A stretch of DNA of 60,108 bases from Burkholderiaceae bacterium. GTDB taxonomy: Bacteria; Pseudomonadota; Gammaproteobacteria; Burkholderiales; Burkholderiaceae_F. The notes beneath the pieces are model-generated. The model was not told the origin of the DNA and did not search any database. It saw nothing but the letters and a program-made list of their open reading frames with translations. Within the stretch, counting starts at the first letter, position 1, and each line of letters starts with the position of its first letter. This document shows positions 39,539 to 48,893 of the stretch, one piece after another. The DNA is taken from assembly GCA_017383055.1 (NCBI GenBank), contig JAFNZB010000264.1, positions 1 through 60,108 of the forward strand, given 5' to 3'. The position numbers were made by a program, and so were the translations under genes.

Positions 39539-39564
39539 GGTAGTAATTCCGATAAGTGAGATTG

Positions 39565-40065
39565 TTAGTCGTTAAGTGCGTTTTCCAACGCATCGATTTC
39601 CGTTTCGTCAAAAACGAGAATCCCTTCTTTTTTCAACATGGCGGTCAAGATGCCCATGCCAGAGTTCAATTGACCGGAGAAGGACCCGTCATAAATATTT
39701 TTAGCACCGCAAGATGTGCCACTTTGCTTGATCAATGCAACGCGAGCATTGTTGCGCTTAGCCATACCCACTGCCGCTTGCACGCCAAACAAGATATCTT
39801 CCGTGCAGTCTTTGCCGGACTTCGTCATGATACGAGCCGTACCGTTGAGGACATCTTCAGCCGTTTTGCCAGCCTCGATTTCACACTGTTCGCGCGGAAC
39901 AAGAAGGCCTGCCATGCATTCGGGGCAGATGGGGAGGAAGCGACGCTCGCGACCCCATTGGAAAATGCGCTGGTCGGTAATGCGCAAAATCTGAGCATCG
40001 TGACGAACACATTCGCCCAACAAGCAAGCGCTTGCCAAAATCTTTTCTTTATTGTTGTTTTCCAT
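39565..40065 (-). CDS. DUF523 / 2-thiouracil desulfidase (TudS)-like Fe-S protein
   Basis: SACLLG..VR.D, CPEC..GL..PRE, K....[13 protein letters not shown]. Confidence 0.82.
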   Translation of the reverse strand: MENNNKEKILASACLLGECVRHDAQILRITDQRIFQWGRERRFLPICPECMAGLLVPREQCEIEAGKTAEDVLNGTARIMTKSGKDCTEDILFGVQAAVGMAKRNNARVALIKQSGTSCGAKNIYDGSFSGQLNSGMGILTAMLKKEGILVFDETEIDALENALND

Positions 40066-40705
40066 TTTCTTTTTCAGCTACTTTTTCTGCATCTTTTTCT
40101 TTTGCCGGGGTGCGTGGCGTACCGAACTTCGCTAAAGCACGTTGTACACGAGCCATGTCCCCCGTTGCAATATCGCCGCAAGTTTTCAAAGCTGCAGTGA
40201 TGCATTCTTGGATTTGGTCATGGTGTTCTCGACTCGGTCGGTGCAATACGAAGTCTGCAACCGGTTGGGCCAGGCCCAACGAGCGCGGATGGCCAGTCCC
40301 CAAACGCAAACGCCAGAAATTCGGTGTGGAAAGCTTTTCGGAAATATCCTTTAAGCCGTTGTGGCCAGCGTTGCCACCACCTTTTTTGATTTTCATGCAA
40401 CCGGGCATCAAATCCAGTTCGTCATGAACCACCAAAATTTCTTCGGGCAGAATCTTGTAATACAAAGCCAATGCAACAACGGCCAATCCCGAACGATTCA
40501 TATATGTCGTCGGTTTCAATAGCCATACGTCTTGCCCGGCTAAACGAACACGTGCAACTTCAGCTTGGAATTTCTTTTCCTCGCGAAAGAACGTGTTTTC
40601 ACGACGAGCCAACTGATCGACAAACCAAAAGCCGGCATTGTGTCGCGTGTCTTCATATTCGCTGCCGGGGTTGCCCAAGCCGACAATGAGACGAATTTGT
40701 GCCAT
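40049..40705 (-). CDS. pth: Peptidyl-tRNA hydrolase
   Basis: [39 protein letters not shown]. Confidence 0.97.
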   Translation of the reverse strand: MAQIRLIVGLGNPGSEYEDTRHNAGFWFVDQLARRENTFFREEKKFQAEVARVRLAGQDVWLLKPTTYMNRSGLAVVALALYYKILPEEILVVHDELDLMPGCMKIKKGGGNAGHNGLKDISEKLSTPNFWRLRLGTGHPRSLGLAQPVADFVLHRPSREHHDQIQECITAALKTCGDIATGDMARVQRALAKFGTPRTPAKEKDAEKVAEKENGKQQ

Positions 40706-40839
40706 AGGAAAGTTTTATCAAAAAAATGAGTACGTTATTGTATCCCATCTTTTTCGTTTTTACGTTTGGTGAGCGGAGAAATGACGAAAAAGCAGTCCTT
40801 GGTGATATAGTCATCTAAAAAATATCCAAAGGTTTCCCT

Positions 40840-41619
40840 ATGTCTACCATTTTGTTTGAATCTCCCATTTTTGGTCCGGTCATCAGTCGACGACTTGGCG
40901 TGTCGTTGGGGATCAATTTATTGCCCGCTAGTGGCAAGGTTTGTACGTTTGACTGCATCTATTGTGAGTGCGGGTTGAATCGAGAGCGAAAAACCGATGA
41001 GAAAATGCCGACGGTACAGGTCGTCTTGGAACAATTGCAGGCCTGCCTTATTCGAATGGGGCAAGAGGGGCGTTTGCCAGACGTCATTACGTTTGCTGGA
41101 AATGGGGAACCGACCGCTCATCCTCACTTTGCGGAGATCATCGATGGAGTGATTGCTCTTCGCAATCGTTTGTCACCCAAAGCTAAAGTCAGTGTTTTGA
41201 GTAATGGCACACAAATCCATAAACCTCACATTTTTAATGCGTTAATGAAGGTTGACAATAATATTTTGAAGCTCGATACGGTTGATGAGGACTACATCGA
41301 ACGGGTCAATCGACCGTCGAGTTATTACCGTGTGGCGGAACAAATTGAGGCGTTCAAGCGATTTAACGGCCGAGTGATGGTACAGACGATGTTTATGAAG
41401 GGGAAAGATTTTCTTGGCCGTGATGTCGATAACACGAGCGAACGCTACGTCGGACCGTGGATCGAAGCAATCAAGGCGATTGGGCCAGAGAAAGTGATGA
41501 TTTATACGATCGATCGTGAAACACCGGATAAGGAGTTACAAAAGGCAATGCCGCAAGAGCTTGATGCTATTGCAGATCGGTTAAAGCGAGAAGGTTTTGA
41601 TGTGAGCGTATCGTATTGA
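40840..41619 (+). CDS. Radical SAM protein of unknown function
   Basis: FGPV.SRRLG.SLGINL, CTFDCIYC (CxxxCxxC), ITFAGNGEPT. Confidence 0.9.
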   Translation: MSTILFESPIFGPVISRRLGVSLGINLLPASGKVCTFDCIYCECGLNRERKTDEKMPTVQVVLEQLQACLIRMGQEGRLPDVITFAGNGEPTAHPHFAEIIDGVIALRNRLSPKAKVSVLSNGTQIHKPHIFNALMKVDNNILKLDTVDEDYIERVNRPSSYYRVAEQIEAFKRFNGRVMVQTMFMKGKDFLGRDVDNTSERYVGPWIEAIKAIGPEKVMIYTIDRETPDKELQKAMPQELDAIADRLKREGFDVSVSY

Positions 41620-41629
41620 TAGGAAAGAA

Positions 41630-41661
41630 AAAACGGGCGAACCCAAGGATTCGCCCGTTTT
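41630..41661. terminator. Bidirectional terminator radical SAM gene/rplY
   Basis: AAAACGGGCGAA-N8-TTCGCCCGTTTT. Confidence 0.85.
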
Positions 41662-41678
41662 CATTGAATAATTCGAAA

Positions 41679-42275
41679 TTATTCAGCAGCTTCTTCAGCT
41701 TCAGCCGTAGCAGCGCCGCCCTTCGTGATCACAGAGATCACGGCCGGGTTTTCGCTACCGTGGATAACAGCTTGAACGCCTTCCGGCAATTGGATGTCGA
41801 GAACGCGGAGCGTGGAGTGAGCCGTCAAACCAGAGAGGTCAACCGTAACGAATTCCGGCAAATCCTTCGGCAAGCACGTCACTTCGATAGCGGAACGAAC
41901 GTGGGAGATCATGCCCTTGCTGATCTTCACGGCCGGGCTGTTTTCAGCGCCGACGAAGTGGAGCGGAACGCTCATCACAACCGGTTCGTCTGCAGCGATG
42001 CGTTGGAAGTCGATGTGCAAAACTTGCGGCTTGTACGGATGCATTTGGAAAGCGCGCAACACAACGAGTTCTTCCTTACCGTCCAATTCCATCGTCAAGA
42101 TCGAGGAGTGGAACTTTTCCTTACGCAATGCGTAGAAAATCGGATTGTGTTCGAGCTCGATGGTCGTTGCAGCAGACTTGCCGCCGTAGATGATACCCGG
42201 CAACTTGTCAGCGCGGCGAAGGCGGCGGCTCGCACCCGTACCTTGCACTTGACGCGTGGTGGCGATAATTTTCAT
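41679..42275 (-). CDS. rplY: 50S ribosomal protein L25 (long CTC form)
   Basis: GTGASRRLRR, PGIIYGG, HPYK..VLHIDFQR, C-terminal CTC beta domain. Confidence 0.97.
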   Translation of the reverse strand: MKIIATTRQVQGTGASRRLRRADKLPGIIYGGKSAATTIELEHNPIFYALRKEKFHSSILTMELDGKEELVVLRAFQMHPYKPQVLHIDFQRIAADEPVVMSVPLHFVGAENSPAVKISKGMISHVRSAIEVTCLPKDLPEFVTVDLSGLTAHSTLRVLDIQLPEGVQAVIHGSENPAVISVITKGGAATAEAEEAAE

Positions 42276-42380
42276 TTAAATTCTCCAAAATAATAAAAGA
42301 CTCCCGGGACGCGACCATCCACTAGGAGCGAACACCTAACTTCGGCGTTCTATATGTGTGCAACCATTCATGGTTGCCGA
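42276..42380 (-). promoter_or_regulatory. Structured rplY 5' leader (probable L25 autoregulatory leader)
   Basis: Three hairpins on - strand: GCAACCA/UGGUUGC, GAACGCC/GGUGUUC, and CUCC..GGA-UGGUCGCG-UCC..GGAG, then an AU-rich stretch and a GGAG SD. Confidence 0.6.
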
Positions 42381-42421
42381 AGAAAACGGTCATTAAGGCA
42401 GATTTCTTCGTGAAGGGTGAC

Positions 42422-42449
42422 ATTGTACACATTTCGTATCGAATGTCGA
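42422..42449 (-). promoter_or_regulatory. Putative sigma-70 promoter of rplY
   Basis: TCGACA-16 nt-TACAAT on - strand, just downstream of the prs terminator. Confidence 0.55.
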
Positions 42450-42463
42450 GTCCTTAAATAAAA

Positions 42464-42495
42464 ATAAGTCCTTGTTTTTTCAAACAAGGACTTAT
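42464..42495 (-). terminator. Terminator after prs
   Basis: ATAAGTCCTTGTTT-N4-AAACAAGGACTTAT, T-tract on - strand. Confidence 0.8.
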
Positions 42496-42511
42496 CTTCA
42501 GAAAGCGACGA

Positions 42512-43474
42512 TTAGAAGCCTTCGAACAATGCGCTCACAGATTCTTCGCGTGCGATGCGGGAGATGGACTCGCCGAACAAGCCAGCAGCGGAGACTTGCG
42601 TGATCTTCGGGCAGTTTTGAGCGGCTTCCGTCAACGGGATCGTATCCGTAACGATCAATTCGTCGAGTTCGGAATTCGTGATACGCTCAATAGCCGGGCC
42701 GGAAAGAACCGGGTGCGTGATGTAGGCACAAACCTTGATAGCGCCACGTTCCTTCAATGCCTTTGCTGCATTGCAGAGCGTACCAGCCGTGTCGACCATG
42801 TCATCGGTGATGATACACGTACGACCAGCGACATCACCGATCAAGTTCATGATTTCGGCGACGTTAGCGCGCGGGCGACGCTTGTCGATGATGGCCATGT
42901 CGCAGGACAATGCCTTAGCCATGGCGCGAGCGCGGACCACACCACCCATGTCGGGAGAAACCACGATCATGTTTTCGTAGTTGCGGCTCAACAATTCCTT
43001 GTAGAGAATCGGCGTTGCGTAAATGTTGTCGACCGGGATGTTGAAGAAACCTTGGATTTGGTCTGCATGCAAGTCCATCGTCAAAACGCGGTCAACGCCA
43101 ACGGATTGCAACATGTCAGCAACCACACGTGCGGAAATTGCCACACGGATGGAGCGCGGACGACGGTCTTGACGTGCATAGCCGTAGTACGGCACAACAG
43201 CCGTGATACGACGAGCAGAGGCACGGCGCAATGCGTCGACCATAATCATCAATTCCATGAGATTGTCGTTCGTCGGGGTGCAGGTGCTTTGAATGATGAA
43301 AACGTCCTGACCACGAACCTTTTCACCGATTTCAACCATCACTTCGCCGTCGGAGAAGTGGCTGACAGTAGCTTTACCGAGGGGGATGCCGAGGTGGTCG
43401 GCAACTGCTTGGGCAAGTTTCGGATTGGCATTGCCCGTGAAGACCATGAGATTATCCGGGACCATAGGAACCAT
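42512..43474 (-). CDS. prs: Ribose-phosphate pyrophosphokinase
   Basis: [46 protein letters not shown]. Confidence 0.98.
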   Translation of the reverse strand: MVPMVPDNLMVFTGNANPKLAQAVADHLGIPLGKATVSHFSDGEVMVEIGEKVRGQDVFIIQSTCTPTNDNLMELMIMVDALRRASARRITAVVPYYGYARQDRRPRSIRVAISARVVADMLQSVGVDRVLTMDLHADQIQGFFNIPVDNIYATPILYKELLSRNYENMIVVSPDMGGVVRARAMAKALSCDMAIIDKRRPRANVAEIMNLIGDVAGRTCIITDDMVDTAGTLCNAAKALKERGAIKVCAYITHPVLSGPAIERITNSELDELIVTDTIPLTEAAQNCPKITQVSAAGLFGESISRIAREESVSALFEGF

Positions 43475-43543
43475 GATATCGCTCGTCTAAAGTGAGGTTA
43501 ATCGTTCGAGAGAGAGAAGATTAACTGGGTTAGAAAAAACAAA

Positions 43544-43573
43544 CGGGAGCCAGCACAACGATGCTTGCTCCCG
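43544..43573 (-). terminator. Terminator-like hairpin right after tRNA-Gln
   Basis: CGGGAGC.AGCA...TGCT.GCTCCCG followed by TTTGTTTTTT on - strand. Confidence 0.7.
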
Positions 43574-43578
43574 AAAGT

Positions 43579-43656
43579 TGGCAGGGGAAGAAGGATTCGA
43601 ACCTTCGAATGCCGGAATCAAAATCCGGTGCCTTAGGCCAGCTTGGCGATTCCCCT
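43579..43656 (-). tRNA. tRNA-Gln (anticodon UUG)
   Basis: AGGGGAA acceptor stem / TTCCCCT-G-CCA, anticodon arm CCGGA-TTTTGAT-TCCGG, T arm GAAGG-TTCGAAT-CCTTC; 78 nt; canonical ispE-tRNA-Gln-prs position. Confidence 0.97.
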
Positions 43657-43678
43657 ACGAATTTTTGGTTCAGCACTC

Positions 43679-44518
43679 TCATGCTGAAAGCAACGGGTGT
43701 ATTGTAAAACTTTTTACTAAAAAATGTTGCCATTTCTCAGGAAAATTTTTTAACACCCCTTTCGCTATCGGTCGATTCGTTGGTTTAAATACCGCAGAGC
43801 CAGAACCTGTCATACGAAAGTCTGGAAGTAATTCAAGAATCTTGTTTACTTCCGGGTTCACACGTCGAACAATTGGTTCTAAATCGTTGTGACCCCATCG
43901 CGACCACTTGTTTTTCTCAAGTGCATCAGCGAAGAACGTTATTGTGACACGTTCTGTATCCCTTGTCAAGTCTTTATGTGAAAAAATTTCTGCCGTACCC
44001 TGATGAACACCCGGCCAAATGATTTCAAATTGAGTTTCAGGGATGTTGATAGGTGTCAGTTTTTCACCGATACCTTCAACCCAAGCATTTGTTCCTAAAA
44101 GGAAAAATGGGACATCTGCCCCTAATTTAGGGGCTATTTCAATCAATTCTTGTGTGGTTAAGCCTAAATTCCAAAGCTGATTAAGGCCCATCAATGTTGT
44201 CGCAGCATCCGAGGAGCCACCTCCCATGCCGGCGCCTGAAGGAATGTTCTTTGTGACGTTTATTGAAACACCTAAAGGGCAACCGGTTTTTTCTTTTAAT
44301 AAACGAGCGGCACGAACACAAAGATCTTTTTCAATATCGCCAATAACATCCCCTGTTCGCGTGATATCGCCGTTTTTCTCTAAACGAAGGTCGATTCGAT
44401 CGCATAAATCGATCAAAACAAAGACCGATTGCAATTCGTGATACCCATTGGGGAGTCGACCGGTGATGTGTAAAAACAGATTCAATTTGGCCGGAGCCGG
44501 AAGGTTAAGGAGTTCCAT
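43679..44518 (-). CDS. ispE: 4-diphosphocytidyl-2C-methyl-D-erythritol kinase
   Basis: PAPAKLNLFLHI, GYHELQS, PSGAGMGGGSSDAA, LGADVPFF, MTGSGS. Confidence 0.96.
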   Translation of the reverse strand: MELLNLPAPAKLNLFLHITGRLPNGYHELQSVFVLIDLCDRIDLRLEKNGDITRTGDVIGDIEKDLCVRAARLLKEKTGCPLGVSINVTKNIPSGAGMGGGSSDAATTLMGLNQLWNLGLTTQELIEIAPKLGADVPFFLLGTNAWVEGIGEKLTPINIPETQFEIIWPGVHQGTAEIFSHKDLTRDTERVTITFFADALEKNKWSRWGHNDLEPIVRRVNPEVNKILELLPDFRMTGSGSAVFKPTNRPIAKGVLKNFPEKWQHFLVKSFTIHPLLSA

Positions 44519-45080
44519 GGCGACGTTCCAAAATAATGAGCGTGATTTTTAAAGCAGGCGAGCTTGTTGTGGCCTTGCGTTCAAAAACGATGCGACGGGG
44601 CAAACCAGAATCATCGTATTGACGATAGGTAATGTCCCAACCGAGTTGACGAATGTGTTGATATGGTGCAGTGTTCGGTTCGCTTTCATAAACAGTATTG
44701 GGTAAAACTTGGCCATCAATCCAGAAGGCTAAACCGTCGATTGGCACGCTAAAACCTAACAGATCGCTCATCAGCGCATCAGGATCTTTGCCCACCGTTT
44801 CTTCGATTCCCACCGCTTGTATGCGGATAGAATCGCGTGCGTACTCAATTCGTGCGAGCGTATTACCTAAGGCCGTCTTGAGGTCGAGCACTTGGGAGGC
44901 GTTGTTTGTTGTCGTTAAAGAAAATCGACCAGAGTGATTTTCTTTATGATCGGCGCTTTGTGCAATCACTGAAAAGCGTCCCTCCCAAGAATTTACCGCT
45001 GTTAGGCTAGATGTCGTCAGACATCCTGTTAGTAGCAGGCAACTGAAACTGGCAATGGTAAGACAAAGTTTTTTTAACAT
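44505..45080 (-). CDS. lolB: Outer-membrane lipoprotein insertase LolB
   Basis: Lipobox LLTGC, GRFSV, LG..P..GL..WI.G, QLGWDI.Y; conserved TPR-lolB-ispE synteny. Confidence 0.85.
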   Translation of the reverse strand: MLKKLCLTIASFSCLLLTGCLTTSSLTAVNSWEGRFSVIAQSADHKENHSGRFSLTTTNNASQVLDLKTALGNTLARIEYARDSIRIQAVGIEETVGKDPDALMSDLLGFSVPIDGLAFWIDGQVLPNTVYESEPNTAPYQHIRQLGWDITYRQYDDSGLPRRIVFERKATTSSPALKITLIILERRHGTP

Positions 45081-45094
45081 TTCAATTCCTTCAC

Positions 45095-46870
45095 TTAAAA
45101 GTGAAGATGCAATCGATCCATAAACTGTTCAATCATCTCATCCTTCGGATATAGAGGCATCAAGGTGCGCAAAATTTCCATGGTTTTATCCGTTTTCCCT
45201 TGTGCGTGGTAGAGCTCAGCTAAATGTAGCCAAATCTCTTTATCCGAGGATTTTTCTGTAGCCTTTAAAAGATGACGTTCGGCCTGGCCATGGTCATTCT
45301 TTTTGAAATACAACCAGCCCATCGAATCCAAAATTGCAGGATCGTTAGGTGCTAATCGCAAAGCTTTATCTAAAAGGCGTTTGGCTTTATCGAGGTTAAT
45401 GTTTTTATTTGCCCAGAGATAGCCAAGTGCATTGTAAAAGTCCGGTTTGTCCGGGTAGAGATCAATGCCTTGTTGCAACCACTGTTCAGCTTCTTGAAGG
45501 CGATTGAGTTTTTCAGCTGTAATCGCTGCTCGGTAAAGTAATGCAGCGTCTCCAGCCTTTAAGTCCAATGCTTTCTTCAAATAACGATAGCTTTCTTTGT
45601 AGTGTTTTAATTGATCGGCAATTTTTGCTTGTGTTTCCAGAACTTCGAATTGCCGTTTCCCTGCCTTGAGCTTATTGAGCAATTTGATTGCATTTTTACC
45701 TTGATTCGTAGCGGCTAAGCAGTGTGCTTCCAACAGTTTGGCCTGAACATACAAATCGTGGTCTTTAGCAATTTTTTGAAAAAAGCCAATGGCTTGGTCG
45801 TATTGCTTTTGGCGATAGGCATTAACGCCCAGCGCAAGATACGTTTGAGGCAATTTCGTTTCGTATCCACTGCCATCGGTGGCTAACTTTTCAAACTTTT
45901 CCAACAAACGTTGTGTTTCGGCATGTTGACCGAGTGTGTCGGTGATGCCAGCCAACGTAAAAATGATGCCGGGATTGTTCGGTTGTGCATTCTCAACGAG
46001 TTTGAGCTCGTTCATTGCCTTGGGAGATTGTTTAGCTTTGGCATAAGCCTTGGCCAATCCCAAATGAGCCTCGATGTCTTGAGGATGTTTAGCAATGAAT
46101 GCCTCAATCGTAGCGATTGCGATCTGGAGATTGCTCTTTGTTAAAGTGTCGGCATACTCAAGCATGGCTGAGGTGTTGTCCGGCAAGTCCTGATAAGCAC
46201 GTCGGGCGTAATGTTGTGCCTGCTCAAAATCTCCCGCTTGGCGAGAAAGCTTTGCCAGGGCAAGTGCGATTTGATTGTGCTGCTCGACCAACGCTAAACA
46301 CGGTTCAAGAAATTCAAGTGTTTTTTTCACGTCTTTGGTACCGATGTCCGTTTGAACAATCACTTGATAGAGAAAGTTTTCACGATGTTCGTTGTTGGTA
46401 TTTGTCTTGAGTAAATCAATAATTGTATTTTGGACGGTCGTCGTTTGTTGGCCTAAGCGTAAACGAACAAGAGCATCGGAACCACGTGCCGAAGCACTTT
46501 CCGGTGTAAAAGATAACCATAATTGCGTCGCATCGAGTGCTTCTTTGTATGCGTGAACGGTGTCGGCGATTTCAAAGGCTCGCTGTGCTAAACGGGGGTC
46601 TTTCGTTTTTCGAGCCATAGCCATGTAGGTTTGGTAGGCTAATGCCGGATTCTGATTTTGTAATGCGACTTCGGAGGCGATGATTTGATAAAGCAGTCCT
46701 CCGTCAAGTTCATTGTTCGGAAGAGGCATCTTTTCATCAAATAGGGAGGCATTGGCAAACAGTGGCAGGCAAGCTAATGCAACTCCCGTTTTGAGTTGAC
46801 AGGATTTTAAATGATGAAGAAAACGTGAAAAAAACAATCCAAACACGGTGAACAATGACGTAGAAATCAA
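45095..46870 (-). CDS. Tetratricopeptide-repeat periplasmic protein
   Basis: LYQIIASE.A.Q, DPRLAQRA, NALGYLWA, ILDSMGWLYF; conserved position upstream of lolB. Start uncertain. Confidence 0.85.
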   Translation of the reverse strand: MISTSLFTVFGLFFSRFLHHLKSCQLKTGVALACLPLFANASLFDEKMPLPNNELDGGLLYQIIASEVALQNQNPALAYQTYMAMARKTKDPRLAQRAFEIADTVHAYKEALDATQLWLSFTPESASARGSDALVRLRLGQQTTTVQNTIIDLLKTNTNNEHRENFLYQVIVQTDIGTKDVKKTLEFLEPCLALVEQHNQIALALAKLSRQAGDFEQAQHYARRAYQDLPDNTSAMLEYADTLTKSNLQIAIATIEAFIAKHPQDIEAHLGLAKAYAKAKQSPKAMNELKLVENAQPNNPGIIFTLAGITDTLGQHAETQRLLEKFEKLATDGSGYETKLPQTYLALGVNAYRQKQYDQAIGFFQKIAKDHDLYVQAKLLEAHCLAATNQGKNAIKLLNKLKAGKRQFEVLETQAKIADQLKHYKESYRYLKKALDLKAGDAALLYRAAITAEKLNRLQEAEQWLQQGIDLYPDKPDFYNALGYLWANKNINLDKAKRLLDKALRLAPNDPAILDSMGWLYFKKNDHGQAERHLLKATEKSSDKEIWLHLAELYHAQGKTDKTMEILRTLMPLYPKDEMIEQFMDRLHLHF

Positions 46871-46953
46871 ACGATATAATGCTTCAAATATCCGCTATTG
46901 TACTGTTAATCGCGTTTGGCGATGGATAAAACCTCAAGCGACCAAGATAAAAG

Positions 46954-47988
46954 ATGTCGATTTTTTCTCAAAATTTGATTGCTTGGCAGAAATGTCACGG
47001 CCGAAATGATTTACCGTGGCAAGTCAAGGATCCCTATGTTCGTTGGCTCTCAGAAGTGATGTTGCAGCAAACGCAAGTGACGACTGTTTTGGGCTATTTC
47101 GATCGATTTATCAAACGATTTCCGACAGTGGAGAGTTTGGCCCTGGCTCATGAGGATGAAGTGATGCAGTATTGGGCTGGATTGGGGTATTACTCTCGAG
47201 CTCGAAATTTGCATCGTTGTGCCCAAGTGATTGTTAAGCAGTATCAAGGGCAATTTCCTCAAGATCGTGAAACGTTGGAGACGTTACCGGGTATTGGTCG
47301 TAGTACGGCCGCAGCCATCGCAGCTTTTGCTTTTGATGCTCGAGAAACCATATTGGATGGTAATGTTAAACGAGTGTTAGCTCGATATTTAGCCATTGAG
47401 GGGGCTACGAATCAAACTTCCGTGACCAAGATTCTTTGGGAGAAGGCCCAAGCTTTGGTTCCCGAAGCGGAGATGACCGCATATATTCAAGGGTTGATGG
47501 ATTTGGGAGCGTTGATTTGCACGCGAACGCCTCACTGTGATCGTTGTCCTGTTGCTGAACACTGCCAAGCTCACCATCAAGGACGAGAGCTTGAATTACC
47601 AACACCCAATCCGAAGAAAAGTCGGCCTCAAAAAACTCGAACGTTTTTCTTGTTATGGCAAGACGATTACGTTTGGGTCGAAAAACGGTTACAAAAGGGG
47701 GTTTGGCAGGGATTGTTTTCTCTGCCCGAAGTCGAAGGCGAGCTCGATGAGGAATTGGCTGAAGATTACGTTGCGCGTTTGGGATTCGAGGTGCGCAATG
47801 CAAAAGTGCTTCCTAATTTAATTCATGACTTTTCGCATTATCGATTGCTAATGAATCCCATTGCCATCAATGTCAAAAAAGCCCCAATGAGCGATGAAAA
47901 TCATCTTTTCATTGAGGCTTCTTGTCGTCAATTGGTGGGGTTGCCTACGCCAATCGAGACGATCTTGTCAAAGTTCTTCGATGGTTAG
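46954..47988 (+). CDS. mutY: A/G-specific adenine glycosylase
   Basis: WLSEVMLQQTQV, WAGLGYYSRARNL, HhH LPGIGRSTA, DGNVKRV, 4-Cys Fe-S loop. Confidence 0.95.
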   Translation: MSIFSQNLIAWQKCHGRNDLPWQVKDPYVRWLSEVMLQQTQVTTVLGYFDRFIKRFPTVESLALAHEDEVMQYWAGLGYYSRARNLHRCAQVIVKQYQGQFPQDRETLETLPGIGRSTAAAIAAFAFDARETILDGNVKRVLARYLAIEGATNQTSVTKILWEKAQALVPEAEMTAYIQGLMDLGALICTRTPHCDRCPVAEHCQAHHQGRELELPTPNPKKSRPQKTRTFFLLWQDDYVWVEKRLQKGVWQGLFSLPEVEGELDEELAEDYVARLGFEVRNAKVLPNLIHDFSHYRLLMNPIAINVKKAPMSDENHLFIEASCRQLVGLPTPIETILSKFFDG

Positions 47989-48881
47989 TGGCTTTGATGC
48001 ATGCCTTTGATCGGTGCTTTTGCTTGACCGATGATTCGGTGGCGAATCGCAATACCTTCCATTTTGGCGGCAAATCGTTTGGCCAATGTTTCTGCAACAT
48101 AAACGGAACGATGTTGTCCGCCTGTGCAACCGATGGCAATCGTTAGATAGTGGCGATTGGTGGCTTGATAGCTCGGTAACCATTTTTCGATAAAGCGCTC
48201 AATGTCATCGATCATTTCTGTGACCGAGGGTTGCTTGAGCATGTAATCGATAATCGGTTGATCACGACCGGTGAATGGGCGCAATTGAACGTCGTAATAC
48301 GGGTTGGGTAAGTTGCGAACGTCAAATACCAAGTCAGCAGCGCTCGGCAAACCGTGTTTGAACCCGAAAGATTCAAACGCCAAAGTCATATTTGTACGAG
48401 GGGCTTGAGCAAAGTCTTTCACCCAGGTACGTAAGGTGTTGCTTTGCAAACTTGTCGTGTCGACCACGTGAGCCATGTTTGCCCATGGAGCCATCAATTC
48501 TCGGTCGGTTTGGATTGCTTCAGCCAACGTAATTTCACTTTCTGGCGTTGATAAACGCAAGGTAAGCGGGTGACGACGACGAGTTTCCGAGAAACGTTGG
48601 ATGAGTTCCGAGGTGGAAGTCGTTAAAAAGAGTACGCGTACATCCCAGCCTTGATTCTGTAACTCTTCAAAAAGGGCTTGGGTGTTGAAGGTTTTATCCA
48701 AGTCACTTCGGGAGTCAACGCCGAATGCGACGTATTTTTGCGTGTTGGCAAGGTTTTTTGCGACAGAGCTGATGAATTGAACGGGTAAATTATCGATGCA
48801 GTAGTAACCGATGTCTTCCAATTGGCGAACAGCCACTGATTTGCCAGAACCGGATAAACCAGTAACGATGACTAAGCGCAT
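47985..48881 (-). CDS. rapZ: RNase adapter RapZ
   Basis: TGLSGSGKS, DNLP, RFSETRRRHPL, SFGFKHG, GCTGGQHRSV. Confidence 0.96.
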   Translation of the reverse strand: MRLVIVTGLSGSGKSVAVRQLEDIGYYCIDNLPVQFISSVAKNLANTQKYVAFGVDSRSDLDKTFNTQALFEELQNQGWDVRVLFLTTSTSELIQRFSETRRRHPLTLRLSTPESEITLAEAIQTDRELMAPWANMAHVVDTTSLQSNTLRTWVKDFAQAPRTNMTLAFESFGFKHGLPSAADLVFDVRNLPNPYYDVQLRPFTGRDQPIIDYMLKQPSVTEMIDDIERFIEKWLPSYQATNRHYLTIAIGCTGGQHRSVYVAETLAKRFAAKMEGIAIRHRIIGQAKAPIKGMHQSH

Positions 48882-48893
48882 AAATATTCCTCG

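Noticed and set aside
42358-42379. TGCAAC...GTTGC as a Zur-like box
   Set aside because: Spacing is too long and it lies inside the rplY leader, where an RNA hairpin explains it better
43579-43678. tRNA-Gln as an integration site for a genomic island
   Set aside because: Canonical ispE-tRNA-prs order, no integrase and no duplicated tRNA 3' end seen
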